From: Octopus sinensis
Taxonomy: Eukaryota
Direction of reading: 5' to 3'
Length of the DNA: 13,957 nucleotides
NCBI RefSeq assembly: GCF_006345805.1
Contig: NW_021825950.1
Coordinates: 1-13,957 of the forward strand
Shown piece after piece: positions 7,930-13,957 of the stretch. Below the pieces are notes generated by a model. It was not told the origin of the DNA, ran no database searches, and saw only the letters and a list, made by a program, of their open reading frames with translations. The translations under genes were made by a program, and so were the position numbers. The first letter of the stretch is position 1; each line of letters opens with the position of its first letter.

Positions 7930-8430
7930 TATGTAGAAAAATACAAACTGGGACAAGAACGTAAAACATTTAGAAGACGATACAAAAAACACGGACGGGT
8001 CATTCGAAGCCTTCAATCTTCAGTCAAGAACCGGATCATCCTAGCAATTTCGGCTGATTAATCTTGAGATCGCTCCGATCTGGCCAGCCCCAAGGAAAAA
8101 CTAATCTACGAGCATTAGATTTCTTGGAAGAAGGATCGAATTTATACGAAACATGGACAGAAAAACGGACGATACCACACGAATATAAAATACAAAAAAC
8201 AATAATAGTAATAACAGGACAAAAACAGCGGTTGTCTTACGACTAATATAAACAGTACAACAAGTTTAGCTGGCGTATTTTGAAAAAATGCCTTTATCGG
8301 CAGACGAAGACAACAGATGTTCTCACGACAGTGGTCGGAGGCCAAAAGGCTGATTTTGACCAGAGGTCACGTGACAGAAGAGAGAGAAAAGAAAGGGGGC
8401 AAAGGAAACAAAGATACAGAGAAAGGGGGA
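7930..8430 (-). mobile_element. Penelope-like repeat copy 2
   Basis: Reverse-complement homology to copy 1 (7007-7345) and copy 3 (about 9835-10370), e.g. tctcaagattaatcagccgaaatt...gatgatccggttcttgactgaaga. Confidence 0.7.
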
Positions 8431-8819
8431 TATATATATACATATATATATATATATATTTATATACATATATATATGCATGTATGTATGTGTGTGTGTG
8501 TGTGTATATATAAGTACATATCTTATATTGTATGTATATCTTTCATTAATTTACCTGTACGGCTGATAACTCGTTTGCCACACGTGATGGTATTTTAATA
8601 ATACCAACCCTTCTTTTATATATATCTATATATATATATATATATATAAACCAGCTTAGAGAAGAGAAGAACGAACGAAACCAAACGAATCGAATCGAAT
8701 CGACGCGAAGGCGCTCAGTCATAAATAGTGTAATAAATAAAATATATGCATACATACATACATATATGTACGTACCTACATCTACATGTATATATACATG
8801 CATAAATAAATATATATAC

Positions 8820-8965
8820 GTGAGTACAGGACACCGCAATTAAACGTAGAACACAACGAGAAACGAAAACGTAAAAACAGAGTACAAGACAACTGCACAA
8901 AGAAAAATCCCCTTCATCAGCCGTGCCTAGTTCAACTCCAGCGTGTTTCACTATGCCTAAGCGGC

Positions 8966-8966
<1 letters not shown>
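8820..8966 (-). mobile_element. Possible remnant of a second Penelope-like 3' terminal repeat
   Basis: Minus strand has GAAACAC...CTGATGAAGG followed by a GT-rich tail ending in (TA)n, the same layout as copies 1-3. There is no second copy in the window. Confidence 0.3.
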
Positions 8967-9020
<54 letters not shown>

Positions 9021-9030
9021 TAACAATAAT
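8966..9030. repeat. (AAT)n microsatellite
   Basis: Direct reading. Confidence 0.95.
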
Positions 9031-9051
9031 AGTAGTATATATATATATATT

Positions 9052-9388
9052 AAAAGGGGTAAAGACCCCCTTCGGTCATGAGTGACCATGGGTTTGCACC
9101 TAGAGAGTTACCCTCTGAGGCACAAGTCTGGGCAAGGTTGTTTTATGGAAGACCAGTAGTCGCCCATGCATACCAGCCTCCCCTCTCCACACCACCAGTG
9201 TTATCCAAGGGAAAGACAAAGGTCGATACAGCTTGGCACCTGTGACGTCGCAACTCATTTCTACAGATGAGTGAACTGGAGCAACGTGAAATAAAGTGTC
9301 TTGCTCAAGAACACAACACGCAGCCCGGTCCGGGATTCGAGCTCACAACCTCACGATCGTAAGCTCGACGCTCTAACCACTGAGCCAT
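9052..9388 (-). mobile_element. tRNA-derived SINE family C, apparently full length, CORE-like centre
   Basis: Minus strand starts ATGGCTCAGTGGTTAGAGCG (A box), then GCTCGAATCCC (B box), then a CORE-like TTGAGCAAGACACTT, about 250 bp of body and an end at GGGGGTCTTTACCCCTTTT. Confidence 0.85.
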
Positions 9389-9404
9389 ATATATATATAT
9401 ATAT

Positions 9405-10374
9405 AAGACTGAGGGTTTCGAATGTCCTGTCCGTGTTTATTGTATCGCCTTCTAAGAGTTATACGTTCTTGTCCATGTTGTATTTTCTAACATACCTTAA
9501 TATATATTCCAGGCGCTTACGTACCCTCTTAACATTAATGTGAGCACATATTCTTAAAAATTGGTACGACTCTCTGTTTGTCTCTCTCTCTCTCACTTTT
9601 ACTTGATCTGTCCCCTTCTCTCTCTTTTCTCTCTCTACTCATCCTCTTTTTTCTCTCTTCTCTTTCCTCTGATTCTTTGTCTACTCTTCCCCTACCCTTC
9701 CATTTCTTTGTCTCGCCCTGCACTCACAGGTCAATCTTCGACACCCATCCCTTCTCCTCTCTGATTCCTTCTTTCTCTCTCTTCTCTCCCCTTGTTGCGT
9801 TTGTCCCACCTCTCTCTCTCTCTTCTCTCTCTCTCTCTTCCTTCCTTTGCTTCTCTTTCTTTTCTTTTCTCTCTTCTCTGTCACGTGACCGCTGGCCGAA
9901 ATCTGCCTCTCAGCTTCCCACCAGCGACGTGTTAACATCGTTGTTTTTCGTCCGCCGCCAAGGCATCGCCGATAAGGCTCCTTTTCAAAATGCGCCAGAG
10001 AAAATTTGTTTGCTTGTTATCAGTTGTAAGACACTTGTTGTTTTCACCGTTAATGCTTCTGTATTTCATGTTTCTGTATTCCATTATTGTTTTTTGCCTT
10101 TTATATTCGTCCCTTTTGCTGTCCCGATGTTCGTATGCATTCGATCCTTTTTCCAGGAAATCTACGCTCCCAGCTTAGTTTTTCTAATGCTCGTTGCTTA
10201 GTTTTTCTTGGAGGGCTGGCCGTGATCTAATAATCTCAAGATTAATCAGCCGAAATTACTACGATGATCCGGTTCTTGACTGAAGACTGGGGGTTTCGAA
10301 TGTCCTGTCCGTGTTTATTGTATCGTCTTCTAAGAGTTATACGTTCTTGTCCATGTTGTATTTTTCTACATACC

Positions 10375-10385
<11 letters not shown>
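9405..10385 (+). mobile_element. Penelope-like repeat copy 3 with ~100-bp direct terminal duplication (pseudo-LTR-like)
   Basis: 9405-9507 is nearly identical to 10283-10385 (period 878 bp). It has an internal CT-rich tract (about 9570-9880), and its 3' 500 bp is homologous to copies 1 and 2. Confidence 0.7.
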
Positions 10386-10429
<44 letters not shown>

Positions 10430-10474
10430 GTATGAATATATAATAATAATAGTGAAATATGTACATATATGACG

Positions 10475-10509
<35 letters not shown>

Positions 10510-10614
10510 CTACACGTTCGAATTTACGAGAAAAAATTCTGAATATAGAAATATTACATATTTGTTGCTTTTGCTATAAGAATTATGTTATAAAGCGAAC
10601 TCCGTTCTTGTGCG

Positions 10615-10616
<2 letters not shown>

Positions 10617-10681
<65 letters not shown>

Positions 10682-10700
10682 GCACGCACGCGCACACACA
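10617..10700. repeat. (CA)n microsatellite
   Basis: Direct reading. Confidence 0.95.
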
Positions 10701-10856
10701 TTATATAGCTGTAAAACGACGTGACCTGAGCTGGCCGATAAAGGCCTCGCATCTAGAAGCCATTTTGTCTTCGACTGATATCCGTTAATCTTCTTCCGTT
10801 ATCTGATGATGTGGGTTCATCCTACGCGCTCATGTACGATGCGGAATCAAACTGTA

Positions 10857-10909
10857 ATCTATCAAGCTATCCATCTATCTATTTATCTATCTATCTATCT
10901 ATCTATCTA

Positions 10910-10959
<50 letters not shown>

Positions 10960-10960
10960 C

Positions 10961-11032
<72 letters not shown>

Positions 11033-11056
11033 GCTAGCTAGCTAGCTAGCTATCTA
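10857..11056. repeat. (ATCT)n tetranucleotide microsatellite grading into (AGCT)n
   Basis: Direct reading. Confidence 0.95.
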
Positions 11057-11111
11057 TATATATATGTATATATATTGTCATTTTGTCCGATGTAGGAACG
11101 ACTCTGCTTGC

Positions 11112-11171
<60 letters not shown>

Positions 11172-11182
11172 GTAATAATAAT
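11112..11182. repeat. (AAT)n microsatellite
   Basis: Direct reading. Confidence 0.95.
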
Positions 11183-11340
11183 TTGGTATAAAAGATGGAC
11201 TACAACAAATATTCTGCTCAATGCCACAGATTTGCTTGTCAGTTGTTTGACCGTAACCAGTTGAGCATATTGGGTATATTGGGCTTCACATATTTGTACC
11301 CTAGTGTCCCTTTGATGACATACACTGCTCTCTCACTCAA
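11183..11340. mobile_element. (AAT)n-associated interspersed repeat, copy 2 (unclassified)
   Basis: Shared anchors with 6683-6714. Flanked by (AAT)n on the left and (GAA)n(GAAT)n on the right. Confidence 0.55.
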
Positions 11341-11391
11341 GAAGAAGAAGAAGAAGAAGAATGAATGAATGAATGAATGAATGAATGAATG

Positions 11392-11906
11392 AAACCACTG
11401 CATAGGCAATACCTCAGAGAAATCGAAGGAACAAACAAGATCAACACTTGAAGATGGCTAAGGAAAAGTGATCTGAAAGAATGCACCGAGGCATTGATAT
11501 GCAGCACCCAGAAACAAGCTCTGAGAACCTAATTACACCGAGTTCCAAATAGATAAGAGCAGGGAATCGCCCTTTGTAGGATGCATGTGTGGCAGCAGAA
11601 ACGAAACAATCTCACATTTTGTGAGTGAGTGTAGGAAGCTGGCCCAAAAGCATTAGAAAAGGAGGCACGATTACCTGTCTAAGTTCGTACACTGGAGGCT
11701 ATGTGATAAGTACGGCCTGAACAGAGCACGGAAATGGTACGAACAGGAACCAGAAGGAGTCACCGAGGACAAGGAATATAAGATACTGTGGGACTTAACA
11801 ATCTAATGTGACTTCTTATTCGATGCCGGAGACCAGATATTGTTGTGGTAGATAAGGGAAAAAAGGAACAAAGATCGCAGATATTGCAATACCTGGAGAT
11901 GCACGG
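11392..11906 (+). pseudogene. Decayed non-LTR retrotransposon fragment with restriction-like endonuclease (R4/Dong-like): post-RT linker, CCHC knuckle, PD..D nuclease
   Basis: Manual translation across frameshifts and stops: KPLHRQY...WLRKSDLKECTEALICSTQKQALRT/NY...CRM/CGSRNETISHFVSECRKLAQKH*KRRHD...VHWRLC...KWYEQEPEGV...KILWDLTI*CD/IRCRRPDIVVVDK.../IADIAIPGD. Confidence 0.85.
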
Positions 11907-12259
11907 AAGAAAGTGAAAAACAACATCTGGGTTTTCGAGTAAAATCTTGACCAATTCAAATACAAAAGTTCTTTTTCATTCTCCACCTTAAAAGGCCACT
12001 AAACAAACAAGTCTGACCATACCAATAGAAAAGCCACGCCTCTTTACTTCTCCGTCCTTATGAAAACATTCTTTTTCTCCTTCCTTCTCCCTTGCTTGGC
12101 AAACCCCACAATATTTTTATATATAAAAAGGAAAGAAATCCAACTTTAAACCACTTTTTGATAAATCCGATAACAGAAGAAAGCGTTGAAATGTAAATGA
12201 AATGTAAACAAATAATATATATATATATATATAAAACATTTTTATGGATTTAAGGATAT

Positions 12260-12410
12260 GATGGGTTTCTTTCAGTTTCCGTCTACCAAATCCACTCACA
12301 AGATTTTGGTCGGCCTGAAGCTATAGTAGAAGACAGGCTAATGTGCCACGCAGTAGAACTGGATCCGAAACCATGTGGTTGGTAAGCAAGCTACTTACCA
12401 CACAGTCACT

Positions 12411-12412
<2 letters not shown>
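12260..12412 (-). mobile_element. SINE family A, 5' head
   Basis: High similarity to 13767-13920 (ttctttcagtttcc.tctac.aaatccactcac...ccatgtggttggtaagcaagctacttacc). Confidence 0.88.
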
Positions 12413-12461
<49 letters not shown>

Positions 12462-13395
12462 AGCTGATGAACTCTTTGAACGCACTTTCAGCATCGGTTT
12501 GATTTTCGAACTCCTCTCGCAGGAAACCATCAAGGTGCTTGAAAAGATGAGAGTCGGTAGGAGAAACGTCTGGGGAATAAGCTGAGAGGCGAAGAACTTG
12601 GTAGCCAAGTTCCTCCAACTGCTGGGGCATCATTAGTGAAATATGTGTTCGAGCATTGTCATGAAGAATTATTGACCCTCTTATGTTGACCAGTCTGGGA
12701 CGAGGGAGTAGCAGTTTTTCGTTCATTTTGGCAATGTCATGACAATATGTTTCTGCAGTAACGGTTTCTCAGGTTTTAAGAAGTTATAGTGGATGAGTCT
12801 AGTAGAATACTACCAAACAGTCACCATAACCTTCTTTTTGGTGAGCTCGGGTTTAGGGAAGGGATTCAGTGCTTCAGTTTGGTTTAACTACTGCGAAGAA
12901 CGTTTTTTATTCTTATACAGAATCCACTTTTCATAGCAAGTTACAGTTCGGTCGAGGAATGAATCGGTCTGGTTACGGAGAAGAAACGACGAGCAAATTT
13001 CATATCTGCGTATTTTCCGATTTTCTTTTAAATCGAGTAATACCCATTTATCGAGCTTGTTTGATTTTCCGATCGTGTGTGAATGGTTGCAAACAGTTTT
13101 CTGGCTAACTTGAAGTTCTTTTGCCGGTTCTCGAGTGGTGCTACGTGGATCTTTCTAAATGACGGTCTTTAATTGACCGTTATCGGATGACAGATGGCCG
13201 TCCACTACGCTCATGATCTTCAAGGATCAGATCTCCACTGCGAAATCATTTAAACCATTTTCGAGCTGACCACTACTCACTGGTCATTTCCTCACCAAAG
13301 GTTTTGTTGATATCGCGAATAGTTTCAGCTGCTTTGCGTCCTTTTTTGAAGTTGAATAGCAAAATTGCTCGAACATCGCGCTTTAACAGTTCCAT
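12462..13395 (-). pseudogene. Mariner (DD34D) transposase pseudogene, Hsmar1/cecropia-subfamily-like
   Basis: ATG at 13395: MELLKRDVRAILLFNFKKGRKAAET..., then KLDKWV, FLDRTVTC(Y)EKWILY, KKVMVTVW, ILHDNARTH and AYSPDVSPTD, with 34 residues between the last two catalytic Asp. It has several stops and frameshifts, the first Asp is changed to Tyr, and the C-terminus is cut by a (TG)n tract. Confidence 0.93.
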
Positions 13396-13474
13396 TTCAG
13401 ATGATTGTAAAACGGTGAAAAAAAATTGATGCATTTGGGCAAGTCTATGTCTATTATCAGCAATTGCAAAAGAA

Positions 13475-13683
13475 TACTCTTTTAATTTTTTACTTGTTTC
13501 GGGCATTTGACTGCGGCTATGCTGGAGCACCGCCTTTAGTCGAGCAAATCGACCCCAGGACTTATTCTTAGTAAGCCTAGTACTTATTCTATCGGTCTTT
13601 TGCCGAACCGCTAAGTTACGGGGACGTAAACACACCAGCATCGGTTGTCAAGTGATGTTGGAGGGACAAACATGGACACACTA

Positions 13684-13744
<61 letters not shown>

Positions 13745-13920
13745 AATATATACATATACATATATACGACGGCCTTCTTTCAGTTTCCATCTACAAAATC
13801 CACTCACGGCTTTGTTCGGCCCGAGAATATAATAGAAGACACTTGCCCAAGGTGCCACGCAGTGAGACTGAACCCGAAACCATGTGGTTGGTAAGCAAGC
13901 TACTTACCGCACAGCCACTC
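13475..13920 (-). mobile_element. SINE family A, full-length copy (tRNA-like head, CORE-like TTGGGCAAGT, internal microsatellite, 3' tail)
   Basis: Minus strand starts GAGTGGCTGTGCGGTAAG (A-box-like), then GGGTTCAGTCTCAC (B-box-like), then CACCTTGGGCAAGTG. A (TA)/(TG) tract sits at about 13685-13766. Five other partial copies are in the window. Confidence 0.9.
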
Positions 13921-13957
13921 ATTAAAAAAAATTTCAAAACTCTGCAAAAATCCGGTA

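Noticed and set aside
9310-9388. tRNA gene
   Set aside because: A and B boxes are present, but there is no clean cloverleaf and it continues into a SINE body.
9535-10201. 207-aa hydrophobic ORF and neighbours
   Set aside because: They arise from the CT-rich tract of repeat copy 3, and the frame is not preserved in the other copies.
11910-12250. Unassigned sequence between the R4-like fragment and SINE A
   Set aside because: No motif, repeat partner or convincing reading frame found by eye.
13273-13641. 122-aa ORF as a SETMAR-like fusion gene
   Set aside because: A chance read-through from the SINE tail into the mariner N-terminus, ending at a premature stop. No SET domain is present.
1-13957. 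CRISPR array or prokaryotic defence system
   Set aside because: No regularly spaced repeat-spacer structure or operon-like gene content. The sequence is clearly eukaryotic.

Overview
Eukaryotic, microsatellite- and transposon-rich genomic DNA. The repeat landscape suggests an invertebrate, most likely an octopus or other coleoid cephalopod (inference, not checked). The only host gene is the first coding exon of an engrailed-family homeobox gene on the minus strand (about 2739 to 165). It carries the eh1 Groucho-binding motif (FTNFLIADILKPEFG) and the EH2 motif (YPAWVFCTRYSDRPSSG), and ends at the conserved phase-1 GTGAGT splice donor. The homeodomain exon lies outside the window to the left. 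The exon is unusually long (about 858 codons) and full of homopolymer runs. The remaining ~11 kb is upstream DNA: a purine/pyrimidine-skewed leader, candidate promoter and enhancer motifs, several tRNA-derived SINE families, a CR1-type LINE 3' end, a decayed R4/Dong-like retroelement fragment and a decayed DD34D mariner. It also holds three alternately oriented copies of a non-coding, Penelope-like repeat with partial inverted and direct terminal duplications and degenerate hammerhead-like motifs. I cannot claim a clearly new biological system. The best leads are this Penelope/retrozyme-like family and the expanded, EH2-variant Engrailed.
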